A stretch of DNA of 32,000 nt from Geobacter sulfurreducens PCA (GTDB lineage Bacteria > Desulfobacterota > Desulfuromonadia > Geobacterales > Geobacteraceae): the NCBI RefSeq assembly GCF_000007985.2, contig NC_002939.5, forward strand, positions 2,010,001 to 2,042,000. The letters run 5' to 3'. The position numbers were made by a program, and so were the translations under genes. How positions within the stretch are numbered: the stretch's first letter is position 1; every line of letters starts with the position of its first letter. The notes beneath the pieces were generated by a model. It made no database searches. It was given only the letters and a program-made list of their open reading frames with translations, and was not told the origin of the DNA. Positions 26,101 through 32,000 of this stretch are shown here, one piece after another.

Positions 26101-26404
26101 TACCCGTCGGATCGTTGGCGTGCTGAACCCCCAAACCGGTTACATCGAGGAAGGCGTCCACGGTATACATATTGTTGCTGGTGACCCCTCTGATGGAAAA
26201 GGGGAGTGTCTGCCCGGCGGCAATTGTGAACGAGGTCCCGAAACTGTTGTTGGAGGCCCTGAGATAGACACGCCCCGCCTTGCCACTGCTGTTCTGGACG
26301 TTGCCGGTCAACGTTGCGGCCCAGGCTCCGGTTGCGACAATAACTGTCAAAACCACCGCTAATACAACCCTGAAAATGCCAACATTCCGACCATGTAAGA
26401 CCAT
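23159..26404 (-). CDS. Secreted 1081-aa multidomain surface/adhesin-like protein (beta-sandwich modules, 2 IPT/TIG, CarboxypepD_reg-like, InlB B-repeat-like, shared C-terminal tail)
   Basis: ORF track. GGAGGA upstream; signal/anchor VGIFRVVLAVVLTVIVATGAWA. YTVDAFLDVTGLG and YFLFAFLDMNNNGTEDFGD (DUF2141-like, as I recall that family). IPT/TIG-like GPAINGFNPAGGNTGTTVYIDGLNFS and PSVSGISPQSGKAGSTVTITGSNFE. GLVVNSASTPLGGVAVSL...GTYDLVAEKTGYLP. B-repeat-like GTGNGTVTSVSPDSRIACQSGSATNCSADF...FSGWSGACTASAGDC. Confidence 0.8.
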   Translation of the reverse strand: MVLHGRNVGIFRVVLAVVLTVIVATGAWAATLTGNVQNSSGKAGRVYLRASNNSFGTSFTIAAGQTLPFSIRGVTSNNMYTVDAFLDVTGLGVQHANDPTGISSSVQVTSDTTYNVGTITLANPSVPFSGEYSPLATPLAANGAVFLMLDSDFYYSEQYNREYPVAETFDVERATNGSANPAICASLTNITTVKTGIKNRDQGAWADSAGQATSCYRVTAHASGQASVTSSWMPVMPKQGSRSVSGTITINGVTPSGPLYVAVVDESGDPPKVAAAAISNPSSPQAFTITGVEDGTYFLFAFLDMNNNGTEDFGDVVFGEFNTTHVVVNGQNVTGVSATMTAVDSLASIMTNHWTGNSQWGYFDNYSLNFAIDGMRKKPVTVVVTSGPNIAVPIDIGLNDWGFSSWVFINSTRPTPGSQYNLDITYEGDSSPTPTTVTISTVLDAFATNLAPTGNIQFNQNQLFSWAAPSSPPASYTYTVQVSDATNYNQIWYIEDLPSTTTSVTYNQNNEAFGPLEANKTCQWSVSVRDAAGNAAFRQTVFTPVTGPAINGFNPAGGNTGTTVYIDGLNFSTTPANNVVTFAGSMGRVAATVTNATASRLTVTVPSGVTTGTIQVTSSGVGSAESTSSFSVGTAGSFAGLVVNSASTPLGGVAVSLGGNPSVTTTSQVGTGSFSLGGLPANGTYDLVAEKTGYLPAVSAVINGGSAITTTAPFLLFTQAEVNSWGVYAGKGVITARVVDQSGNPIGGAVASIQSGMGKTYTAYYSSDGITFGGTSTSANNGLIVIPNLEPNDWVTLGASKTGWTFYTTSFRVRPFAVGEGAVFGAPSMPSVSGISPQSGKAGSTVTITGSNFETTQSVTLAGQNASFVVNSATQITVTVPAGASTGAFVVNTLGGDAGSGLFTVLQTLAVTTTGTGNGTVTSVSPDSRIACQSGSATNCSADFDKGITVTLTATPDNSGSIFSGWSGACTASAGDCSVTMDADKAVTATFSVTPNLKLINGMTETTFASLADAYAAAVTGDTIMARALDFTGPFNFNRNVAILLSGGYDASFTPTAGYTKLLGGLTVSLGSVTFSNVALQ

Positions 26405-26623
26405 TTTTCCAATCCTCCTTCAAGCCTGTAGAACACCGCTTCACGCTCTTCCTGACAGGGCAGCCCGTGAAGAGCAATCACTGTATTATTACGTAACAGC
26501 AATATGTATACCCAACGTGGACCGTAAAACAATCTCAACATAACACGAAAAAATTCGGTGAGGAATCGGGAGATACAACGTGAGTGAAACGTGGGTAACG
26601 TTTTTGCCGGGCAGGGTGTGGAT

Positions 26624-26660
26624 AAAAAAAGCGGCAATCCTTTATAAGAAGGATTGCCGC
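26624..26660 (-). terminator. Rho-independent terminator of the tRNA-Gln/tRNA-Glu operon
   Basis: The minus strand reads GCGGCAATCCTT-CTTATA-AAGGATTGCCGC followed by TTTTTTT: a 12-bp perfect stem, 6 nt after the tRNA-Glu 3-prime end. Confidence 0.85.
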
Positions 26661-26666
26661 TTTAAA

Positions 26667-26741
26667 TGGTGATCCCAAGGGGACTTGAACCCCTGTTACC
26701 GACGTGAAAGGCCGGTGTCCTAACCACTAGACGATGGGACC
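26667..26741 (-). tRNA. tRNA-Glu (anticodon UUC), CCA encoded
   Basis: The reverse complement GGTCCCATCGTCTAGTGGTTAGGACACCGGCCTTTCACGTCGGTAACAGGGGTTCAAGTCCCCTTGGGATCACCA folds as a cloverleaf. Acceptor stem GGTCCCA/TGGGATC, anticodon loop CTTTCAC, T-arm AGGGG-TTCAAGT-CCCCT. Confidence 0.92.
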
Positions 26742-26811
26742 AAACTTTATGTTCGCTTCTGAACCTGTGCCGCAGCCACTATCGACACTGGCCGTCCGCC
26801 AGATGTTGAAC

Positions 26812-26886
26812 TGGCTGGGGTGCAAGGATTCGAACCTTGGAATGCCGGAATCAAAATCCGGTGCCTTACCGCTTGGCGACACCCCA
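26812..26886 (-). tRNA. tRNA-Gln (anticodon UUG), CCA encoded
   Basis: The reverse complement is TGGGGTGTCGCCAAGCGGTAAGGCACCGGATTTTGATTCCGGCATTCCAAGGTTCGAATCCTTGCACCCCAGCCA. Acceptor stem TGGGGTG/CACCCCA, anticodon stem CCGGA/TCCGG with loop TTTTGAT, T-loop GGTTCGAATCC. Confidence 0.92.
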
Positions 26887-26894
26887 AGAGGAAG

Positions 26895-26960
26895 GACAAT
26901 TATTTATCACGAGGCCCCATGAAGCGTCAAGCATTTTTTTCAATTTTTTCTTCCGGGCAT
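26895..26960 (-). promoter_or_regulatory. Sigma70 promoter with an A/T-rich UP-like element driving the tRNA operon
   Basis: The minus strand reads GAAAAAATTGAAAAAAATGC TTGACG (26930-26925), an 18-nt spacer ending in TGA (extended -10 TGn), then TAAATA (26906-26901). The -10 lies 14 nt upstream of the tRNA-Gln 5-prime end. Confidence 0.6.
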
Positions 26961-27152
26961 CCCTGCCCCCCGTTAACCCGGTAGATACTCCCATGCGCTT
27001 CAGTAGATAACTTCTCAAAGACTCGCACCCGGATCCGCCACGAATCCGGCCGGGCAAATCCGCAGGCGTAGCAGGGCTACGTTGAGAATTTTGCGAGGAA
27101 GAGCCGGGCAAAGACGACCTGAAGACGGAATGCGGGACCGAAAGTTCAGTTC

Positions 27153-27692
27153 CTAGCCGCCATACCCCGCGCCGGCGGCAATGGCCTTGACGTTGGCGGG
27201 GATGAATCGATGATTGCGCTCGGGAAGCGTTTCCTTGAGGGCATCTTCAAGTGACTGGAGAGAAACCGCGCCGGTCCTGGCGGCATAGGCGCCAAGCGCA
27301 ACCATGTTGACCATGCGCGGATCGCCCAGATCCACGGCAATGTCGTTCATGGGGATGGCAACTACTGTGATGTCGGAACGCATACCTGCAGGTACGTCCA
27401 CCAGCGAGCTGTTGACGATACAGAGCCCGCCAGTCTTGACCCTGGCGAAGAATTTGTCAAAGGATGCCTGATTGAGGATGACTGCAACAGAAGGGCTGCC
27501 GATGACGGGAGACCCCACTTCGTCGTCGGCGATAACAACGGTGCACATGGCGGCGCCGCCCCGCTTCTCAACTCCGTATGAGGGGAAGAATGAAACGTTT
27601 TTACCTTCGATGATGGCCGCCTGGCCCAGGATGTTTCCGGCGAGCAGGACTCCCTGGCCGCCGAAGCCGGCAATGAATACGTCGTGACGCAT
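27153..27692 (-). CDS. korC: 2-oxoacid:ferredoxin oxidoreductase, gamma subunit
   Basis: ORF track, 179 aa. MRHDVFIAGFGGQGVLLAGNILGQAA...SYGVEKRGGAA is the POR/KOR gamma motif. Last gene of a delta-alpha-beta-gamma operon. Substrate (2-oxoglutarate versus another 2-oxoacid) cannot be determined from the sequence alone. Confidence 0.8.
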   Translation of the reverse strand: MRHDVFIAGFGGQGVLLAGNILGQAAIIEGKNVSFFPSYGVEKRGGAAMCTVVIADDEVGSPVIGSPSVAVILNQASFDKFFARVKTGGLCIVNSSLVDVPAGMRSDITVVAIPMNDIAVDLGDPRMVNMVALGAYAARTGAVSLQSLEDALKETLPERNHRFIPANVKAIAAGAGYGG

Positions 27693-27707
27693 GAAAATAC
27701 TCCCTGC

Positions 27708-28451
27708 TTAAAGTTGAGCGGTGTTTTTGAAGACGCCGAGCGGGAAATAGGCACACATTTCGGTCCCTACCCGTTCGTTGGCAGCCAGGGCGTCCATGCC
27801 CCAGTTGGTGGGACATGAGGAGAGTGCCTCGATGAAGGAAAACCCCTTGCCCTCGGCCTGATAACGGAAGGCTTTCTTGATCTGGCGCTTGGCGTCCATG
27901 AGGTTCTTGGGGTTGTTCACGGCGACCCTGGCCGAAAAGGCTACCCCCTCCAGTTGAGCCAGCAGTTCCGCCATCCGGATGGGCGAGCCGTCCTTCTCGT
28001 TCTTCCTGCCATAGGGCGAAGTGGAAGTCCTTTGCCCGACCAGAGTGGTGGGAGCCATCTGGCCGCCGGTCATGCCGTAGGTAGTGTTGTTGACAAAGAT
28101 AACAGTGATGTCTTCGCCGCGATTGGCCGCATGGATGATTTCGGAGGTGCCGATGGCGGCCAGGTCCCCGTCTCCCTGATAGGTAAAGACAAAGGCGTCG
28201 GGACGGGCCCGCTTGACCCCGGTGGCCACGGCGGGAGCCCGGCCATGGGGCGCCTCGACCACATCGATATCGAAGTAGCCGTAGAGAAAAACGGAGCACC
28301 CCACCGAGGCAACCCCGATGGTCTTCTTCTGCACGCCGAATTCATCCATGGCCTCGGCCACGAGGCGGTGGAAGGTGCCGTGATGGCACCCGGGACAGAA
28401 GTGGGTCTGGACATCCTTGAGACTGACCGGCTTTTTGAAGACCTGTTGCAT
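27708..28451 (-). CDS. korB: 2-oxoacid:ferredoxin oxidoreductase, beta (TPP-binding) subunit
   Basis: The ORF track frame 27708..28580 over-extends. The real start is ATG 28451 ([25 protein letters not shown]) with GAGG upstream, just after the upstream stop at 28459-28461. TPP motif [32 protein letters not shown]. Confidence 0.85.
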   Translation of the reverse strand: MQQVFKKPVSLKDVQTHFCPGCHHGTFHRLVAEAMDEFGVQKKTIGVASVGCSVFLYGYFDIDVVEAPHGRAPAVATGVKRARPDAFVFTYQGDGDLAAIGTSEIIHAANRGEDITVIFVNNTTYGMTGGQMAPTTLVGQRTSTSPYGRKNEKDGSPIRMAELLAQLEGVAFSARVAVNNPKNLMDAKRQIKKAFRYQAEGKGFSFIEALSSCPTNWGMDALAANERVGTEMCAYFPLGVFKNTAQL

Positions 28452-28458
28452 ATGTACC

Positions 28459-29526
28459 TCAATAAAATTTTCTGATCTGTTCAAGCAGTTCTTCGGGCGT
28501 GGGGAGTGAACCGGCACCGGGGGGACGGCCGTAGAAAAAGACGTCGGTGCCTGCGGCAACGGAGAGACGGACATCCTCAACCATCTGGCCGGCGTTCAGC
28601 TCGATATCGAGCACCTTTTTACAACGCGCCGTGGCGGTGCGGTACGCCTTCTCCGGAAAGGGGAACAGGGTAATGGGGCGCAGAAGCCCCACGTTAAGCC
28701 CTTGCTCCCGGGCACTCATGACCGCGGTCTTGGCGATGCGGGCCGCGGAGCCGAAGGCGGTCACCAGGAATTCGGCATCGTCGAGCATGAATTCCTCCCA
28801 GCGCGCCTCCTTTTCCTTCAGTTCGGCGTAGCGGGCATGGAGCTTCCAGTTGTGGGCTTCAAGCTCGCCATCACCCAGATAGAGGGACTTGACCACGCGC
28901 TGTTCGCCGTCCCCCTTGCCCCGCACGATCCAATCTTTGGGCGGCAGCACGGATGAGGGGCGCGGGTTGGGGGTGAGTGATTCCTTCATCTGGCCGATGA
29001 CCGAATCACCGAAGACCATGGCAGGCATCCGGTAGATGTCGGAGAGGTCGAAGGCGAGCATGGTCAGATCGTACATCTCCTGGACCGACGAGGGTGCGAG
29101 GACGATGATGTGATACCCCCCGTGCCCTCCCCCCTTTACCGCCTGGAAGTAATCCGCCTGGGATGCGTCGATGCCGCCGAGTCCCGGACCCGAACGGCAG
29201 ATGTTGACGATGACGCCGGGCAGTTCGGCGCCGGCCATATAGGAGATCCCCTCCTGCTTGAGCGATATGCCGGGGCTTGACGATGATGTCATGGCCCGGA
29301 CGCCGGTGGCCGAAGCCCCCAGAAGCATGTTGATGGATGCGATCTCGCTCTCTGCCTGAATGAACTCCCCGCCGAGGCTGGGGAGTTCGCGGGACATGTA
29401 TTCGGGAATATCACTCTGGGGTGTGATGGGATAGCCGAAATAGTAGCGGCATCCGGCCTCGATGGCGGCCATGGCCAGGGCCTCGTTACCCTTCATGAAC
29501 AGTCGCTTTGTCAAAGCTGCCTCCAT
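28459..29526 (-). CDS. korA: 2-oxoacid:ferredoxin oxidoreductase, alpha subunit
   Basis: ORF track, 355 aa. [33 protein letters not shown]...[32 protein letters not shown]. Confidence 0.85.
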   Translation of the reverse strand: MEAALTKRLFMKGNEALAMAAIEAGCRYYFGYPITPQSDIPEYMSRELPSLGGEFIQAESEIASINMLLGASATGVRAMTSSSSPGISLKQEGISYMAGAELPGVIVNICRSGPGLGGIDASQADYFQAVKGGGHGGYHIIVLAPSSVQEMYDLTMLAFDLSDIYRMPAMVFGDSVIGQMKESLTPNPRPSSVLPPKDWIVRGKGDGEQRVVKSLYLGDGELEAHNWKLHARYAELKEKEARWEEFMLDDAEFLVTAFGSAARIAKTAVMSAREQGLNVGLLRPITLFPFPEKAYRTATARCKKVLDIELNAGQMVEDVRLSVAAGTDVFFYGRPPGAGSLPTPEELLEQIRKFY

Positions 29527-29553
29527 ACAAATGGTGTTTCAGATACTGTTACT

Positions 29554-29757
29554 CTATTTATAAACCTTAATAGCAACGTCAGGGCATATCTCCGCACAGA
29601 GAGCACAGCCGGTACATTGATCCTGGCTGGTCATGACGGCGGTGACATAGCCGTATTTATTGATCGTACTACTCATCACGATCAGTTTGCGCGAACAGGC
29701 GAGCGTACAGAGGCCACACCCTTTGCACCTCGATTCATCAATCTCAATTTGAGCCAT
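29554..29757 (-). CDS. korD: 4Fe-4S dicluster ferredoxin-type delta subunit of the oxidoreductase
   Basis: ORF track, 67 aa. Two cluster motifs, CKGCGLCTLAC and CTGCALCAEICP. First gene of the operon; the D-A-B-C order matches the OorDABC/KorDABC type. Confidence 0.8.
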   Translation of the reverse strand: MAQIEIDESRCKGCGLCTLACSRKLIVMSSTINKYGYVTAVMTSQDQCTGCALCAEICPDVAIKVYK

Positions 29758-29948
29758 CTAGCCGTATCCTTTCTCCTCTGCATTGCCGTATACAGAAGTG
29801 GTACATAACGTATCAAAAGTTGAAGCTATGGGTCAATCTCATTTTACAGGTATATTTCAACGATTTATCACTTGCTTTTGTCTGACAATACAGCTAAATA
29901 TGTACTCAGGTTATTCATGTAATTCTCACAAATCAAAGGAGGGAGTCA

Positions 29949-30452
29949 ATGGCGCCGACATTATTGGAATTGACCGCGAGTATTGTATCCTCACACGCTG
30001 CTGTGTCAGAGCTTTCCACGGAAGAACTGGTTCAGGAAATTCAAAAGGTTCATGCTACTCTGCAACAGCTTGAAGGTGGTGCTGCTGCACCCGAGGTTGC
30101 GGCAGAGGAAGCCAAGGCCCCGGCCATGACGCTCAAGAAAGCATTCCAGGCCGACCAGGTATGCTGCATGATCTGCGGCAAGGGTGGGATGAAAACCCTT
30201 ACCCGCCACTTGGCCCAAGTGCACCAGATGAAGCCGGGCGAATATCGCAAGCAGTTCAACATCCCCAGCAGCCAACCGCTTACCGCCAAAAAGTTCTCCG
30301 AGGCACGCAAGCAGATGGCCAAGGACCGGGGGCTTGCCGAAAATCTCGCCAAGGCGCGCGCCGTACGCGCCGCCAAGATTCAGGAGAAGAAGGCTGCGGC
30401 CGAAAAGCCGGCTAAAACCAAGGCTACTCGCGCCAAGAAAGCTACTGCCTGA
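29949..30452 (+). CDS. MucR/Ros-family zinc-finger transcriptional regulator with an extended Lys/Ala-rich C-terminal tail
   Basis: ORF track, 167 aa; AAGGAGGGAG upstream. CMICGKGGMKTLTRHLAQVHQMKPGEYRKQFNIPSSQPLTAKKFSEARKQMA parallels the Ros C-x2-C...H-x4-H finger and the following helix. Tail: AKARAVRAAKIQEKKAAAEKPAKTKATRAKKATA. Confidence 0.9.
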   Translation: MAPTLLELTASIVSSHAAVSELSTEELVQEIQKVHATLQQLEGGAAAPEVAAEEAKAPAMTLKKAFQADQVCCMICGKGGMKTLTRHLAQVHQMKPGEYRKQFNIPSSQPLTAKKFSEARKQMAKDRGLAENLAKARAVRAAKIQEKKAAAEKPAKTKATRAKKATA

Positions 30453-30478
30453 TTACGATATCCTGCCCGTGGCACTAG

Positions 30479-30513
30479 GAAGCCGTTCGCCCAGCGAACG
30501 GCTTCTTTCTTTC
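30479..30513 (+). terminator. Rho-independent terminator after the MucR-family gene
   Basis: GAAGCCGTTCGC-CCA-GCGAACGGCTTC (12-bp stem) followed by TTTCTTTCC. Confidence 0.65.
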
Positions 30514-30536
30514 CGCGCCCGCTATGATGCACGGGG

Positions 30537-31367
30537 CTAAAGCGAGCCGCCGGCCGCCAGAAGCCCCTTGGTCAATGAGGCAAACTCCTGCAGGGACAGC
30601 GTCTCGCCGCGCCTTCCCTCGTCGATGCCGCAGCGTGCCAGAACATCCCTGATGCCGTCCGTCGGCACACCCAGCGCCCCTCCCTTCAAACAATTCCAGA
30701 GCGTCTTGCGGCGCATGGCAAAGGATGCCTTGACCACCCGCCTGAAGTAGTCCTCGTCCCCCACGTCCACCCGTGGCTGCGCCAGGGGAACAAACAAGAG
30801 AACCACCGAATCCACCTTGGGCACAGGATGGAACGAGCCGGGCCTGACGAGGATCTCACGGGTCACATCAAAGTGAAGCTGGAACAGGACCGACAGGACA
30901 CCGTACTCTTTGCTCCCCGGCCCCGCAGCGAGTCTGTTGCCCACCTCTTTCTGAAGCATGAGTACGAGCCGGCTGAATAGATCCCGAGCATCGAGCAGTC
31001 TGAACAGGACCGGCGTGGATATGTTATAGGGCAGGTTTGCCGCCACCTTCCAGGGAGGCGTGCCGTAGCGGCCGAGGGTTTCGCGGAGATCCAGGTCGAG
31101 GATGTCACCTTCGATGATCGTAACTGAGGGGTTTCCGGCAAAACTGCCGCGCAGGAGCGGCACCAGACGGTCGTCCAACTCAACGGCCACGAGCTGTCCG
31201 GCCTGTTCCGCCAGATATGACGTCAGAGCTCCCTTGCCGGGGCCGATCTCCAGAATCCGCTCGCCGGCACCGGCACTCACTAGGGCCGCAATGCGGGAAA
31301 GAACCGAACGGTCAGTGAGAAAATTCTGCCCGAGCGCCTTCCGGGCACGGATGCCGTCCCCTCTCAC
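30537..31367 (-). CDS. rsmA: 16S rRNA (adenine1518/1519-N6)-dimethyltransferase
   Basis: ORF track, 276 aa. GTG start with a GTGA overlap onto the tsaD stop. KALGQNFLTDRSVLSRI, ILEIGPGKGALT, VAANLPYNISTPVLFRLL. Confidence 0.92.
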   Translation of the reverse strand: MRGDGIRARKALGQNFLTDRSVLSRIAALVSAGAGERILEIGPGKGALTSYLAEQAGQLVAVELDDRLVPLLRGSFAGNPSVTIIEGDILDLDLRETLGRYGTPPWKVAANLPYNISTPVLFRLLDARDLFSRLVLMLQKEVGNRLAAGPGSKEYGVLSVLFQLHFDVTREILVRPGSFHPVPKVDSVVLLFVPLAQPRVDVGDEDYFRRVVKASFAMRRKTLWNCLKGGALGVPTDGIRDVLARCGIDEGRRGETLSLQEFASLTKGLLAAGGSL

Positions 31368-32000
31368 CCCTCCCTCCCCGACCCGAGCAGGTCAAGTGGC
31401 CAGTTCACCCGTGCGTCAAGCGCGAGACCGCCCTGCTCCCCACAGCGCAGGTAATAGTCACCCGGCACGGCGATCATGGCGGCATTGTCTCCGCATAGCG
31501 ACGGCGACGGGATCATGAGCTCCACGCCCCGCGCAGCGGCGGCATGGGCCATTTCCCGCCGCAGCGCACTGTTGCAGGCCACCCCACCTGCCACCACGAC
31601 CCGGTCAATACCTGCCGCCTCCGCGGCACGAAAGGTCTTTTCCACCAACACATGACAGACGGCCTTCTGGAACGAAGCGCAGAAGTCGGCCAGGGATTTT
31701 CCCTCGGGAAGCCCCTGCTTCTTCACCGCAGAGAGCACCGCGGTCTTGAGGCCGCTGAAGCTGAAGTTGAAGCTGCCGTCGTGGAGCAGAGGCCGCGGAA
31801 AGGCGATGGCATCCGGGTCACCGGCGGAGGCCAGGCGATCAATCTCGATGCCGCCCGGATAGGGGAGGCCCAGCAGCTTGGCCACCTTGTCGAAGGCTTC
31901 GCCAGCAGCATCGTCCAGGGTCTGGCCGAGGGTGGTGCACCGGCCGATACCGTCGACCCGGTACAGGTGGGAATGCCCCCCCGACACCACCAGGGCCAGA
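31364..32000 (-). CDS. tsaD: tRNA N6-adenosine threonylcarbamoyltransferase, C-terminal part (N-terminus lies right of the window)
   Basis: The ORF track starts at 31990, but the frame continues open to 32000 (..LALVVSGGHSHLY). DDAAGEAFDKVAKLLGLPYPGGIEIDRLA, FSFSGLKTAV, VVAGGVACNSALR. Confidence 0.9.
   Translation of the reverse strand, partial: LALVVSGGHSHLYRVDGIGRCTTLGQTLDDAAGEAFDKVAKLLGLPYPGGIEIDRLASAGDPDAIAFPRPLLHDGSFNFSFSGLKTAVLSAVKKQGLPEGKSLADFCASFQKAVCHVLVEKTFRAAEAAGIDRVVVAGGVACNSALRREMAHAAAARGVELMIPSPSLCGDNAAMIAVPGDYYLRCGEQGGLALDARVNWPLDLLGSGREG

Noticed and set aside
23244-26362. Multiple plus-strand and alternative-frame ORFs inside the 1081-aa gene (e.g. 23244..23987, 25742..26362, 24820..25218)
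   Set aside because: These are antisense or off-frame artefacts of a long GC-rich gene. None has recognisable motifs.
2789-26404. PEP-CTERM, LPXTG, GlyGly-CTERM or T9SS-type C-terminal sorting signals on the three large secreted proteins
   Set aside because: The C-termini (..VVDQVMVN, ..AQNIVVN, ..FSNVALQ) lack a terminal hydrophobic helix, a basic tail or the signature motifs.
9556-26666. A classical tRNA-integrated genomic island
   Set aside because: There is no integrase or excisionase gene, and I saw no duplicated tRNA-Glu 3-prime segment by eye. This cannot be fully excluded without a computed repeat search.
26734-27111. ORFs 26734..26922 (+) and 26866..27111 (-)
   Set aside because: Both overlap the tRNA-Gln gene and its promoter, so they are spurious.
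27601-28580. Alternative frames over korB/korC (27601..28299, 27954..28475, 28070..28462) and the 5-prime extension of the korB ORF to 28580
   Set aside because: The TPP-binding frame starting at ATG 28451 has an RBS and abuts the korA stop. The extension overlaps korA and encodes a Pro/Ser-rich non-homologous sequence.
1-32000. CRISPR arrays, rRNA genes, toxin-antitoxin pairs or known anti-phage defence operons
   Set aside because: I saw no regularly spaced direct repeats, no rRNA-like sequence, and no small paired ORFs or nuclease/ATPase modules outside the annotated genes.

Overview
This window looks like a Geobacter-type (Desulfuromonadota) chromosome segment; that assignment is inferred only from gene content and GC-rich flanks. 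Most genes are on the minus strand.

Gene order, left to right:
- A partial Wza/OPX polysaccharide exporter (1-1053, absent from the ORF track).
- A beta-CASP MBL hydrolase.
- A 720-aa secreted IPT/TIG protein.
- A Wzi-like outer-membrane protein.
- A priming polyprenyl-phosphate sugar transferase split by an IS3-family element (8203-9555, 12-bp direct repeat).
- An ~11-kb strikingly AT-rich Wzx/Wzy-type polysaccharide cassette: GH-A hydrolase, GT26 WecG/TagA-like, GT4, Wzy-like, hexapeptide acetyltransferase, Wzx-like, WecC, Wzz/PCP, methyltransferase. It is interrupted by a decayed IS4-family element (18586-19912, TGG>TGA in the transposase).
- Three secreted proteins (234, ~321 and 1081 aa).
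- A tRNA-Gln/tRNA-Glu operon with promoter and terminator.
- A korDABC-order 2-oxoacid:ferredoxin oxidoreductase, a divergent MucR/Ros regulator, rsmA and a partial tsaD.

The most notable observation is that the 720-, 342- and 1081-aa proteins share a ~170-aa C-terminal two-part module. It consists of a Cys-rich divergent InlB B-repeat-like domain plus a ~90-aa GGY-containing tail, with no recognisable sorting signal. These proteins sit on both sides of the polysaccharide cassette, so they are candidate matrix-anchored surface proteins.

The EPS operon carries two IS hits and looks recently inactivated. I recognised no CRISPR array, rRNA, riboswitch or known defence system.
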